A stretch of 62,531 nucleotides of DNA, counting the filler, from Klebsormidium nitens (Eukaryota > Plantae > Klebsormidiophyceae), in NCBI GenBank assembly GCA_000708835.1. It is 5 parts of 5 records of this genome, joined end to end, with 100 filler letters (N's around TTAATTAATTAA, not from the genome) between each part and the next. Parts side by side here need not be neighbours in the genome. Positions count along the whole stretch, not along the records: positions 12,084 to 28,369 come from DF238006.1; 4 more parts are not named here. One strand, given 5' to 3'. Positions 12,652 to 25,700 of the stretch are shown piece by piece. The first letter of the stretch is position 1. Each line of letters opens with the position of its first letter. Made by a program: the position numbers and the translations under genes. Under the pieces are notes generated by a model. That model had not been told where the DNA came from. It worked only from the letters and a program-made list of their open reading frames with translations, and ran no database searches.

Positions 12652-13668
12652 ATGCAGTCTCAAGATACCACCTTCATTATCGTGCCCACGGCTGACAAGG
12701 AAGCGCAGACGGTGGCGGAGGCGTTCACCCGGGAAGTGCTGACAACGTTTGGGGCATGCGCTGAAATAGTGACGGACCGGGGGGGAGAGTTCGGGGGTGT
12801 CTTTCAGGAGTTGCTCGACCGGTCTCACATAGACCACCGGTCGACCTCGTCTCACCACCCGCAGGCGAACGGGCTCAGCGAGCGAATAGTGGGGGTGGTC
12901 AAAGGGGCGTTGCGCAAGTGGTGCCTTGGGCACGCAGCGGAGCAATGGGACGTGTACCTGCCCTGGGTCGCAATGGGGTACAGGTTCAGCGCGCAGGCGT
13001 CTCTCGGGGGGTTCTCCCCGTACATGCTGCTCTTCGGACGGGAACCGGTGTTGCCGGGGACAGTGCGCGCAGCGCTGGAGGAGCCCCTGGATCTCGACCG
13101 GCCCGACAGGTTGCGGGCGCTGGTGGCAGAGCGCGCAGCGCTGTTCCGGAAGTGGGTTCCCATGGCCATGGGAAACATGCAGATTGCGCAGCACCGCGAT
13201 ACGCTGCGGTACGCCAAGACCCGCAGTGGCGCATGGAAGCCCCAGATCCTCAGGTACGCGGTTGGTGACTACGTCTACCTGCAGCGGGAGATGCTCAACA
13301 CCCTGGACAGCCGAGCGGGACCGCGGATTTTGCGGGTCAAGCAAGTGAGAGCCGGGGGTGTTTTGGAGCTGGAGGGAGCGGACGCGCGGACGGTCCGGGT
13401 GCACATGGAGCTGTGCGCTCCTTGTCACAGAACCGACATCGACGACCGGCAGGATGCGCGCTTGGCGCGGCCCACAGTCGACTTCGCGTGCACGGAGTGT
13501 CGGCGGGCTGACGACGAGGCCTCGATGCCGTTGTGTGACGGGTGCGGGGCCGGCTGGCACACGAGATGCCTGGTTCCTCCGCTGGCGGCGGTTCCGGAGG
13601 GCGAATGGTTTTGCCCCAGGTGTCAGGCGGCACAGGCTTTGATTAGCCCGGTCGGAACAATAGAGTGA
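12652..13668 (+). mobile_element. 5'-truncated Ty3/Gypsy integrase with C-terminal PHD finger
   Basis: EIVTDRGGEF...HPQANGLSERIVGVVK...WDVYLPWV...SPYMLLFGREP (rve core and GPY/F region), then CTEC...LCDGC...WHTRC...WFCPRC (C4HC3). A polypurine tract AGGAGGGGAGAG follows at 13701-13712. Confidence 0.92.
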
Positions 13669-13712
13669 ACCGTGTTTAGAAAGTTGGGGGTGCACGGTTC
13701 AGGAGGGGAGAG

Positions 13713-14744
13713 TGTGACATGATTGTACAGCGTTGACATGCTTCATGGTGCCTGGCTCAGCTGGGTTTAGAGAGAGATCCTCAGATAGGATCGCGACAGC
13801 TGTCACGCCAGATTGTATCGCGACCGGGTTATCTCGCAACCCGGTCGGTATGTTAGGTTCAGCCGTAACTAGAGCTGGAGTGAATTCGGTAGTGCATTGA
13901 TGAGTGCTATGATTACCGTACAGAGCACTTAAGCAGAAGGCTGATAACCGTACAGAACATTTACGTAGGAGAATGAGCTGATTGTAGCTCATGTTCGTTC
14001 TAAGGCATATTGAGGGCGACTTTGATCAGCAACCATTGTCTCCCCNNNNNNNNNNNNNNNNNNNNNNNNNNNNNNNNNNNNNNNNNNNNNNNNNNNNNNN
14101 NNNNNNNNNNNNNNNNNNNNNNNNNNNNNNNNNNNNNNNNNNNNNNNNNNNNNNNNNNNNNNNNNNNNNNNNNNNNNNNNNNNNNNNNNNNNNNNNNNNN
14201 NNNNNNNNNNNNNNNNNNNNNNNNNNNNNNNNNNNNNNNNNNNNNNNNNNNNNNNNNNNNNNNNNNNNNNNNNNNNNNNNNNNNNNNNNNNNNNNNNNNN
14301 NNNNNNNNNNNNNNNNNNNNNNNNNNNNNNNNNNNNNNNNNNNNNNNNNNNNNNNNNNNNNNNNNNNNNNNNNNNNNNNNNNNNNNNNNNNNNNNNNNNN
14401 NNNNNNNNNNNNNNNNNNNNNNNNNNNNNNNNNNNNNNNNNNNNNNNNNNNNNNNNNNNNNNNNNNNNNNNNNNNNNNNNNNNNNNNNNNNNNNNNNNNN
14501 NNNNNNNNNNNNNNNNNNNNNNNNNNNNNNNNNNNNNNNNNNNNNNNNNNNNNNNNNNNNNNNNNNNNNNNNNNNNNNNNNNNNNNNNNNNNNNNNNNNN
14601 NNNNNNNNNNNNNNNNNNNNNNNNNNNNNNNNNNNNNNNNNNNNNNNNNNATTCAGAGTGTGACATGATTGTACAGCGTTGACATGCTTCATGGTGCATG
14701 GCTCAGCTGGGTTTAGAGAGAGATCCTCAGATAGGATCGCGACA
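13713..14744 (+). repeat. Putative 3' LTR region of the Gypsy element, bounded by an 86-bp direct repeat (13713-13798 and 14659-14744, 1 mismatch), each TGT...ACA
   Basis: Starts immediately after the PPT; the copies flank an N gap of about 600 nt. Confidence 0.7.
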
Positions 14745-15218
14745 CCTAGTGCAGACAGCCATAGACTTCTTTCGAGATCATGACATGGCATACATGACTA
14801 ATGCATTCATCAATTGGTGACAACATCATGAGAAGTTGATCATGGCGCATTACATTAGTGCATGCAAGACGGTGGACGGTACGAAAGAAACCCTGGTTAA
14901 ACAATCTGATGTCCTGTGTTTAATATTCACAACTTACATGCATTGAAATGCCATACACGCGTGCAAGTCCGCCCTAACCTGAATAAGTCGGACTTTCTAT
15001 GTAAAAGAACCATCTTCACGACATGACCCAACTCCTTCCAAAGACATCCGAACTAGTCGGAGGACCAGGTTCGTCCAGGGGGAAGCTCACATGTGGTAAA
15101 GGCCCCTCGCGATCGTAGCATGCCGAACCTGATGATCCGAGCATAGATTCCAATATGAAACCACCATGGCCAATGATTGCAGCCACTGCTGCAAACACTG
15201 CAAAAGCGGTCCTTGATT

Positions 15219-18200
15219 CTAGCTGATAACTGGTACCTCTGCCGTCTCAGCAGCGGGTTCAAGTTCAGCCTTCTCGCCATCCTTTTCTGCACTCTGCACT
15301 TCCTCTCCACTCTCCACCCCTTTCTCCTCCGCCCCATTCAGAACCGTGCTCTCCTCGCCCGCGCCCGTTTCCCGCCCCCCAACGCTCAGACTCTCAATTC
15401 CAGAAACCGCGGGCGCCGTCCCGTTACTCCGCCCGCCGTCAACGTGCACCGTCACCATCTTTCTCAGCGGTTCCAGCAACGCTTTCGTTTCCACGAGACC
15501 CGCGCCCCCGACGTAGCACCGCCCAAAGCACAGAACACAATACGGGGCGGCGACGTCGACAAAGGCCCTAACGAGAGCGAGGAACAGCGTTTGCTCGTTC
15601 TCGCGCAGGCCAATGCGCGTCGCGTGGTAGCGCTGCAGGGCCTCCGCGACTTGTCGCAGCCCGTCTTGGAGGACCGACGCGAGGGACGAGCGGAGCGCCG
15701 TCGGGGCACAGTGCCGGAGCTCGTTCAGAGCGGCGAGGACACCTGCGCACGTCGTGAAAAGGCTCAGAGAAGACCTGCAGCAGCAACTGCATTTCATCGT
15801 TCGAAGGTTATCCTCGCTGTGCGCCAGCGTCCTCGTTGCATTCAACGAGCTCCGGCACTTTCTCCTTCCAGTCTGAGATCCAGTGACAGGGCTTGGGAAG
15901 CAATGACAGGAGCTCAGTCGTTGAATACTTAAGGTGGTGCGCGACCGAGACTCAGGACCTTCTCGTGGTCACTGAGTAAAGAACGGCTTGTAACAGGTGG
16001 AGCGGGCCTATTGGCTTGAGTTGAAAAGCTGCTAAATTGATAGTTCAAGTCGGGGAATGGAGAAGTCCACCGATCCTGATCAAGGACATTATTATAGTCT
16101 CCTGGCGAGCTGGGGATCATTTGACACAGGTCCAGGTGAATGCGGTGACTTCGTCTTCTTCACCTCTAAACCTAGTCTCCTGGTCAGCAAGCACTCTTTC
16201 AACCCCGTCGCTTCAAACGAAAATCCAGTAGGAGCCAGCAAAGACTCACCATTCACAAACGCGGCCAGGGGCGGGTGCTCCATCAACGAATACGGGGGCG
16301 CCACGTCCTCCCCGTTCTCGTCTCCACCAGCGGACCGAGTTCCGCCCTTGATGGCCGGAAGCGGAACCCACCGGTGGGAATTGAGCACATGCTGGAACTG
16401 GTCGACTGCAAGGCCGATGTTGCGGGAGAAGAGGCCGAACACACATCTGCGGGAAAGCAAAAGCAAGGGTGTGCCGGAGAGGAGCGTTGAGTATCTGTTT
16501 GTCTGGCGCTTTCGAGTCGCTTAGCTAGCAGAGGGTCGTTTGACTTAGAAAACTATTTGGATGGGCTACAGCGTGCGGGAGATGAACATCATACGGAACA
16601 TAGAGCCGGCATTACAAACGGTCAACATCTGAAGGAGGGAGGCGAGGAAAGAGACAACAAAAGAGCGGGCCGCTTTTGAACCGTCATGCCGGAGGCCATT
16701 CAATGCAGTCACCCAGCGCAATTGTGATCTCGGATCCGACAATCGGCAAACAAGGGCGCAAATGATGCGGGTTACTCTGCGATGCAGATGAAAGCCAGAC
16801 AATAAGTTTGTATCGGCCACAGCTCCCGCCGCATGCGAGGAACGCCAGAACCACGTCCGCAATCCCCTGTACTTTGGGAACTAATCTCTATCACCAGCTG
16901 ACAGTAGAAGAACGCCTGAGAAGAGATTAACCGTCAATCCTCGTTCACAGGCCTCTTAACGAATCTTAGGAACAAACTCAAGAAGAACGAGCGGGCTTGA
17001 CTTACGCCTCAAAGAGTGGTGGAAGCAGCCCACGAAAGTCGAGGCCGACGCGCCCCAAACTCATGCCGCAGTACTGCACCAGAAATGTACCAACCAATCA
17101 TGGAGTGCGCTTTGGAAAGTATGTATAAGATGATCAAGCTACACAGCAGAGTCCACGGAGCAAGACACCTACTCTCAGTGAAGTCCTGGGGAACCCCCTT
17201 GCCGAAGCCCTCCGAAAAAACAGTCAGTGTTTGCGTACGATCAGCTTCGGCCTGCCATGAGAAAATACCAACTCCCAGAAACTTGAGAAGACGTTCGCCG
17301 GGGATAGGCATCTGTGTACAGATTTACGGATGTGACCCTTCAATACCGTTCAGGCACACACTTCTCACCACATCCACTATGAAAGGCACTACATGCGGTG
17401 GTTTACAGGGTTGTAAATACGCGTTGTCTGACGATGGGTGTGGCACATGCAGATACCCGATACTGTTTGGTATCAGAGACCGGATTGAAGGGCTGACCCA
17501 AGAGACGAACAGCACCAACAACTTCGCACGTAATCGAACTGCAATGGAGGTAGCCGGCCGACTACACCGAAAGTAGACTTGGGAGCCGCTTTACTTATAA
17601 GTCGCAAAAGTGCTGGAGAAACGTTAGCCCGCAGACTCACCATGCAGTGGTCCAACACGTTGCTCAGCGGGCTGCCCTCCGTGATCCTGGGCAGCATGTG
17701 CTGGAGGACTGTCAGGTATGCCGTCACGCGGTGCATCGCCCAGCTGTACACGAGGCCCCCGTCTGCAGCCTCCTCCTGCGGGTTGGGAGTTTTGAAAGGT
17801 GAGAGGGATCCCTCCAACCTGGGCGCTGTTCTAGAGGAACTGCTGTGCCGTGTGGAGCGCAAAAGGGACGCCGGAACGGTGGAAGAATGTGTCTAGGAAT
17901 GAGAGGGCTCCGTTGGGGATGGGCGCTGTTTGGGCAGATTGCACCCACAGGTGGAGCGAGCATAAACCAACGAAACGGTGGAGACAATTCGGAGGGGTTA
18001 GAGAGCGCCAAGGCTGACGTGGCAAAGTTGGATGCAGGACGTGGCAAAGGTGGATGTGAAAGAGGCGGCGTGCCCAGAATCTATGCAGGCAGGTGATGGG
18101 CGGGGCTGACAGATTTCCCTAAAATTGAATACTTATGGCCAGAGTAAAATCGTTCAGGAGGTGGACTTTGGACAGTCCTCAAGCGTCAGAAGGCGTACTG

Positions 18201-21200
18201 TGACCCGTGTTCTGAAGTGGAGTTCGGCAGGGCAGCGGAAATTGGGTTCCGTATCGTGACCAGGCTTCACTTCGAGAGGCGGCTTGTGGCTAGTAGCCTA
18301 GTAGTGTACTCTGTTTGTGAATTGTATTTCTTAGACTTTGACAAGTTGCGCTTTTGGAAGAAGCGGGACGGTTGGATTGGGCTGCCTCAAAACAGATTAC
18401 GAGCCCTCTCCGAATTGTGCTTGGCCGGTGATCCGAGGGGACACAAAGAGAAGACGCCAACTGTCGCTGGATCTGTAGCAGCTATCGAAACCAGGCTTCA
18501 AAATCCCTTTTCAAGTCCGTTTACTCAGCTCTTGATATTGTCGGTATAGGGTTCTACACGTCGGTTGTGCCGCCTTTCGATTAGCGAAGCCACTAGTGGT
18601 GGTAGCAACCCGCTCTTCTGCGGAATCGGTCGTAGATCGTTAGCAAAGACAGCGAGGACTCTTAATTCAACACAGAAGAAAAGCACTCATTATGTAAAAG
18701 TTCTTGCTGGGAGATGAATAGGAGATGAGTGTTTCCGTCTTGCCTGATTGGACGTGTCGTCAGCAAAGATGGCCCTGTACTGCATGACGACATCGAAGAG
18801 GTGCACTCGGTGGTGGTCCGTGAGGCGCTTGACGTAGTCGTACGGATTGGACGGGTCCAGGTCATCTATGATGTCAGCAAGCCACGCTTCCCGACACCTC
18901 AGGAACTGCACGGCAAATCTCGAAACGTGGATGTTTCGTCTTCGATTGTCGGGCTGAATTATGCGATGCTCTGGAAGGGCGTTTGGGAAGAGTAGACCAG
19001 AAACAAAATGGTCAACCCACGGAGAACGTGGGAATACCAAAGACCCAAATCGAAAAGGGGAGTCTGGAATGGTCAGGCAACACATTTTTTATAGATCAGC
19101 CAGTTTCAAAGGGCGCAGCATGAAAATGCTGCGGTCTTTCCTGAACGACGAGATGCGAACACTTCGAGACAGACTTCTGGTGCTTCTTCAGAACGTCAGG
19201 AAGAAGATTTAAGATGCAACATGAATCACCATGCGGATGAACATGATTCAGATGAGGAGTACTCTGTGCCGTCCACCAGGGAAGATCACGAGATAGTTGG
19301 GGGGATGGTGATAGACCATACCTGCAACCGCATGTCGTGCTCGCTGAAGACTGCCAGCCGCCTGAGGTACCCAATTACCCGAAGGCACTCCGGAAGCTGC
19401 ACAAGTGAGAGGAAACCGTTGTCTATTGTATTGACTCGCAAATCACATATGAATCGCACTGACACGGTTTGGCGTTTTCCGCTCGACTAGCGAAGAGTTT
19501 CGAGTCTCGATGGGGTCCATCTCTGATGACGACCGAGAAGCAAAGAGCCTGCGCGCGCTAAAAAAATGCGGGCAGCTTTCAGTGAGGCTTGTGAACCTCT
19601 CTTCTGATCATGACTGACGGAAGTGCCGTTCTCAGGCTTCAAGTGTCTACATAATCCAAGAATTTCAAATCGTGACAGTCGCACTTGGAACAATCGTTTA
19701 AGTCGAGGCGTTTACGAGACGCTACAGATCCAAACAAGAGCAATTTCAAATTGTTTGTAATAGCTCAGGCAAGTATACCAATCAAGGAGAGCGTATTCGA
19801 AAACGGCAGCAGGGTTTCTTGAAGCAAATGGTCACATTTGGATCCACCAGACTTCTTGCCTGTATGTTAGACCGTAGTCGCTGCAAGAGCTGAGAGAGCA
19901 TGGACTCGGTGGTGGCCCGGACCTCTTCAGCCAGCGCTTGAATGACAGGGAGTCTGCAAAGAAGTAGTCAATTCATTCGTAAACCAAGGATGTTCTGGAC
20001 CATGTGAGAAAGGAGACAAGTAGCCTGACACAGCCATAGAAAAAACAAGCCCCTGGTGATGGATAGAACTGAACATGACGATAACAATGAGAAGCTCAGA
20101 ATTGTGCACCAAGAAGGATCGAAGACGAAAGATGCACGTAGAGCGTTGAAGCTGCAGAATGAAGCAGAGGGATGGGCAGAAGCGTCAATTACTTGGAATG
20201 CATGGTGGCGAGTTTGGAGACGAAGGCCTCCAAGTCGAGCGCCTCATCATAGTTTCCGTTTCGGACACACCTGCATTCGAATTTGGGACGCCGTCCGAAT
20301 TTCATCGCTTGAAGCATTTGGGACGCCGTCCGAATCTCATCGCTTGAAGCATTGATCTCGATACAGCCTGCGACCGCTGATTTTGTACGTGTCAATTGGT
20401 GAAAGCACAAACTGTTGAACGTGGGCTGCCATCATGTGGTAACAATATATTTATCTGTCCACAAGAGGCCTTCTCAAAGTACCTGCTATGAGAACCAACC
20501 TGATCTAGGTATCTCTTTTGGGGTCTTGAAACCGAAGGGTTCAAACAGACCCTTGCCACATGTCGATCTCTTGTAAAATCTCCATGGTGCCTTTTCTCTC
20601 TGAGAATCTGCAGCTCTGTTGAACAGATGAAAATGCCTTACGTGTCCATAAGTTGTGGAATCTCAAGAAGGTCAAGCAGCTTCGTGTGGTTGGACTGCAT
20701 CGTCCTGTTCATCTTCCGCTTCTCGATGATCTGCTGTGCCTCCTCCTTGAAGTCGTTGCAGCCTTTGGTCAATCGAGGGAGCTCCGAGATCTGAGCTCCG
20801 AGAAAGTAAATCAGGACATTGCATTCCGCCGGCCTCTTAAGTCGAGAGTGAACGTCCTCTCAAAGATATGGCTCTATCATTCTTTGGTGAAGACTCGAGG
20901 GGGCTTCGGGAGGAGTCGCTCGAACTGAGGCTGATGGGGCGTAGTGTGAGATGGTGAGGTAATGAAAAGGAGCGGTCATTGGGCCTCTGAATTTCAGATC
21001 ACTGCAACGCCGCACGGACTTTCTCCTCTCACCGCCTCACTCCCTGATTGCACAATCTCAAAGAAGCCTCAACCTCAGAGCAGATCTCACTCCATGATGT
21101 AACCTTGTGACAGAGACAATGCCCTCCGGTGAGAAGATTGGAGACATCTATCGGCAGCTGACAAGCTTGCAATCCTCCGCTCATTCAAGAGCAACGTTGG

Positions 21201-21775
21201 CACACGCCAACTCACCAGGGACCCCAAATGATTGTCAATCGCAGACAGTTCCGCACGGATTGACTGCACCGCCTGCGCCGCTGTGATGAATGCACGGTAG
21301 TGGCTTACTGCCACTTCCTGCATTTGGCGCTTGACCCGGTCTCCATCCGCTTTTAGAAGCTCAGGCTCCTGCAGCGTCAAGCAAGAACACTGTGTCACTT
21401 GCCCTTTGTAGGGAGTATTTTCCTTCACAGTGCGACAAGGACTCCGCGTATAATGGATAGTGTGCCACGTGATCTACCGTCCGGCAGAATCTTCAGACTC
21501 AAAGTCGAGGGCAAAGAAGAAGGTCATTCAAGAAACCCCAACATCTCTTTAAAGTGCCCAAGAATAAATGATGAACACCAAAGATCCAAGACCTAGACCT
21601 TAGACCTCATTACGAGGTGCCAAAAACCCCTCATATCTTGTGGATTGTAATTCACCTTGTTCAAGCGCTCCAAGCTGTAAGAGAGCAGCTCCGACAGATA
21701 GGCGTCTTGGAGATCGTCCCGTGGAGCCCCGTTCTCCGACCCCGGGTATGGCGAGCTGGCAATTGCGTTCTCCAT
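15219..21775 (-). CDS. COG8: Conserved oligomeric Golgi complex subunit 8 (Dor1); exons 21656-21775, 21216-21368, 20642-20790, 20193-20270, 19860-19953, 19322-19396, 18744-18905, 17641-17775, 17006-17073, 16250-16446, 15219-15742 (584 aa)
   Basis: [15 protein letters not shown]|[31 protein letters not shown]|[59 protein letters not shown], all co-linear with plant COG8. The exon sum of 1755 nt is in frame. Confidence 0.95.
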
Positions 21776-22700
21776 AGCAAGCTGCAGCTTCCACACAATT
21801 CTGAGACAGGGCCTTGACCTTGCTCTCCAAAGCAAGTGCGCATGAAATGCTGCGCCCGCTGTTGAAGAATCCAACTAGGTATGTCTCGTCCTTAGGAACT
21901 CTTTCTCCGGGTCTAGAACCGCAGCTGTTTTCGACTTCGATGTTACAAGCTCGAAATTTCAGTCTCTTTGATCCATCAAGCAGAGATGGGGCCCTTTCTA
22001 ATACATCTGCTTGGAGCTTGGTCCGCCATTTCGCTGCGCCAATCTCAATCCCCAATCAGTGGATAAAACTCCCTTGTTCTGCACTGATCCCGTTTCAAGC
22101 AGGATCCACCCCACCTCATAGATTTAAAAAATGCACACTGGCCGGAATAGGAATAGACATCCCAGCTCAGCCCAGCTAGAGCTGAAAAGTGCCTGCATTA
22201 TAGGCCGCCATTTTTCACTTGGTTCCAGCTGACTTCTCTGCTTGGATTTCAGATAGTACCGAAGTTCGATCTAGTTGTAGTTTCTATTCATAAGCTATGA
22301 GCCGCCCTCGACAGGCACGTGCCTGGCTTGCACTTACTTCTTCACGTGGTAGATAATCGTGGATATTCTGATTGCGAAGCTGACGTGGACCATTCTCCGC
22401 CAGTCGAGCACCATCCAAAGAAGAAGCTTGATCTGCACGATTCCATTCATGAGCTTGTCGTGTCTGCACCCAAACAGAAGAGAAGGTTCGACTGCAAAGC
22501 GCGCGTCGTAACCATTTTCAGCCTTTCACTGTTACTGTCAGGACTCAGCTGCTTTGTGGAAGGGGCGCTTTTGTCCTAGCCTAGTAGCAGTGCTTTTCCG
22601 GCCATACAGCCGGTGTTTGGGAAGACGCAGGAAGTTGGCTTGAAACGAGACGTAATCTGCTGGTCGTGCGTAACTAGCTTGGAGCGATGGGTTCTTACAG

Positions 22701-25700
22701 GGGACCCATCCTGACAAACGGTGCTGGACACCCCGTCTCCGATGATAACAACAGGTATCGTCTAACCTGAGTATGGTACCTGTTGAAATTGTTTGCAGAA
22801 GAGTTCATAACGGAATGTTTTAATGGTTTTAGCCCTTGCGGTGTGGAAAGCAAGAATATGTGAAGGTCCTTGTGGGATACAACTCAGCTTGCAGAGAAGC
22901 AGGTTTAATCACAATCGTAGTCCTGGTCAGCAATTTGATTGGTGCCTAGGTCTTCAACCCACACTGTGCACTTCTCTATTGGTTTCTCATTTGCAATTGT
23001 TGTTGATTTTCTTTGCAGTGTGACCATCGGCGAGACTGGAAGCATCCTTCTTGAGGATTTCCACTTGCTGGATAAGCTTGCACATTTTGACAGGGAGCGG
23101 ATTCCTGAGAGAGTGAGTTTGCTCCTTTTTGAAGCTCCAAGCCTTCTGGCTTTTTCTTGGGGTGCCCTTGAGAGACAAAAAACAAAGCAATTCTTTTGTA
23201 ACCCTGGTTGCCGAGTCTGTTACAGCTCGCACCCTTTTCTTGTCCTCTTTCTTGCTCAGAGGTAGCGATATCAGCATTTTTTGGAGGTTGCATCAGTTGA
23301 AAGAACGAGGTTGGATAGAGTGAACGCTTAGTTGTTCTTGGATAGGAGGCCTTGCTTAATAGACTCGCTTCAGCAACCTCTTCCTTGATTGTGATGGGGC
23401 AGCATTCCTTTGGTGTGAAATTGGCTTCTTCAGTTTTCTTCAGTTTTGGAAGGTTTTTGTTACGGAACCCTTAACACTGTCTTGGCTACTTGCTGGCAGG
23501 TGGTACATGCTAAGGGAGCAGGTGCCCATGGTTACTTCGAGGTCACACAGTAAGACACCATCTGAGCTGGTCAATATGATGAGTTGGCTTTCATGTGGAG
23601 CAAAACATGGTTGATGGAGCAAAACTGTTTTTTTGTCCCCAGACCTTCTTGGGGTTGCGGTGCAAAATTCTTTCAATAAGCTCTGGACTTATTTTGTGCT
23701 GTGGTTCAGCAACTAATTTATTACTTGAATATTGATTGAGGCTGAGCACCTTGATGCCTCCTAATGAGGCTGAGCACATATATGGTTCTTTTTAGGCTGA
23801 TCATTTTTGCTGCTTGTCTACAGCGATGTCTCTGACATCTGCAAGGCCAAGTTTCTGGACCGGGTTGGAAAGAGGACCCGCTGCTTTACGCGCTTCTCCA
23901 CTGTCGGCGGCGAGTCTGGCTCTGCAGACACTGCCCGTGATCCCAGAGGTATGATTGTGTTGGGGGCTCAGTTTGTGAAGAAATTCTTCACAGTAAGATT
24001 ATCTGCAGAGAGGAAATAATGTTTTCCGTCAGTGTGGTACGCATGAGGTTAGAATTACCATTTGGTTTAATATTACAGTATGGGAGATTGAACAATGGTT
24101 GTTTGTGCTCAACACACAGCCTTCACAGTTGCAACTTACGCGGAGACGGATCATTCCATCAAGCAATGTTTGGAATGTCTAAGTCAGTTCTTCTTCCTTT
24201 TTCTGTGCGGCCTTTCAAATTCAGTTTGTGGAAAGTGGTGGGAGGTGGTGCGCAGTACCTCATCTATCTGTACAGAGGTCCTTCAAATTGACAAAGTTTT
24301 CTTTCTTTCATCCAGGTTTCGCCGTGAAGTTCTACACTGAGGAGGTAAGAATTTGCGCTACCTTTTCCCTAAGGGGTTTTGAATGATTGTCTTTGGTGCA
24401 ACCATGCTACTTTGCTGCCTCAGTACCTTTTCAGACCCGCTTAAAGAGGTTGCAGACTGCAACTTTACTAGCTTTAGAACAGAATCTGCAAATCATTTGT
24501 TTTTGTTCTTCTCTAGCCTTTCAGACGTCTGTACATTTAGTGTTTGTTTAGTGCATCCTTGCATAGGGTGTGGATCATTGATTACCTTCTGTTTTGCAAT
24601 GTCGTAGGTGGCAGAGTTTAATCTTGTCTCTTTGACCTTTGCAGGGCATCTACGACCTGGTTGGAAACAACACTCCAGTCTTCTTCATCCGCGACCCCCT
24701 CAAGTTCCCAGATTTCATCCATACCCAGAAGAGGAACCCCGAGACGCACCTGAAGGACCCGGACATGTTCTGGGACTTCCTGTCTCTGGTGCCTGAGTCC
24801 GTGCATCAGGTGCGCACATTCTTGGCGCTTCATCAGTGCCTCAATTGGGTCGGGGGGAAGGTTCTTCATGATTTTGCAGTGTTGCAACACGCACAGCAGT
24901 TTCAGCATTCCAGGGGCATCTTAAATTGATATTCTGCAGCGCAAGGGGAAGGGAGAGACCTGGTTGTGACAGGACAAGTAAGAGCTGCATGCTACGTCAA
25001 AATCTTGGCCTTGTGAGCCCGGCAGGTATGTTTGCTTTAAACAAAGCTGGGGTACCAATCTTTGTGAGGACTTCGTTTGCGAGGATACCTCATCTCAACG
25101 TACCACTTTTTGATACTCAGGTGATGATCCTGTTCTCGCCACGTGGTACTCCTGATGGCTACCGCTTCATGAACGGTTACGGCAGCCACACCTTTAAGTG
25201 GGTGAACGACCACGGCAAGGCTCACTGGGTGAAGATCCACTACAAGACTGACCAGGTAAATAAGTGAATCGTGCAGTAATTTATCTACTCTGAATCATGC
25301 CTGATCAGTGTTATCAGCTGTGTAAACATCAGTTCTCGAACTTCATCCTGCTTTCCACGTTCGCCTAGTTTGTTATGAAGTGCTTCAATTTTACTTTCAA
25401 GCTTTCTCTTACCGTCACGCATGCGGGTTTTGTGCAGGGCATCAAGAATTTGACCACGGAGCAGGCCGATCATCTGGCTGGCAGTGATCCAGACTATGCT
25501 ACCCGCGACCTTTCCAATGCTATCAAGAGAGGAGAGTACCCATCTTGGACCTTCTACGTCCAGGTACGAGACCCTCAATCATGCTCTGGCCTCTCAACAT
25601 ACCTTGAGCAGCAGGTTTTGTAGCGCCCTGCACAGCAGTAGTACTGTGTGCACGTGTCTCGAGTTGCCACTCCATGTCACATACTCTTTACCAGTTCCGC

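Noticed and set aside
13989-14791. Long ORFs spanning N runs (also 52335-53120, 43525-44123)
   Set aside because: Open only because N codons contain no stops.
20281-20352. 35-bp tandem duplication in a COG8 intron (similar small duplications at ~10711 and ~47428)
   Set aside because: Ordinary slippage duplications with no sign of function.
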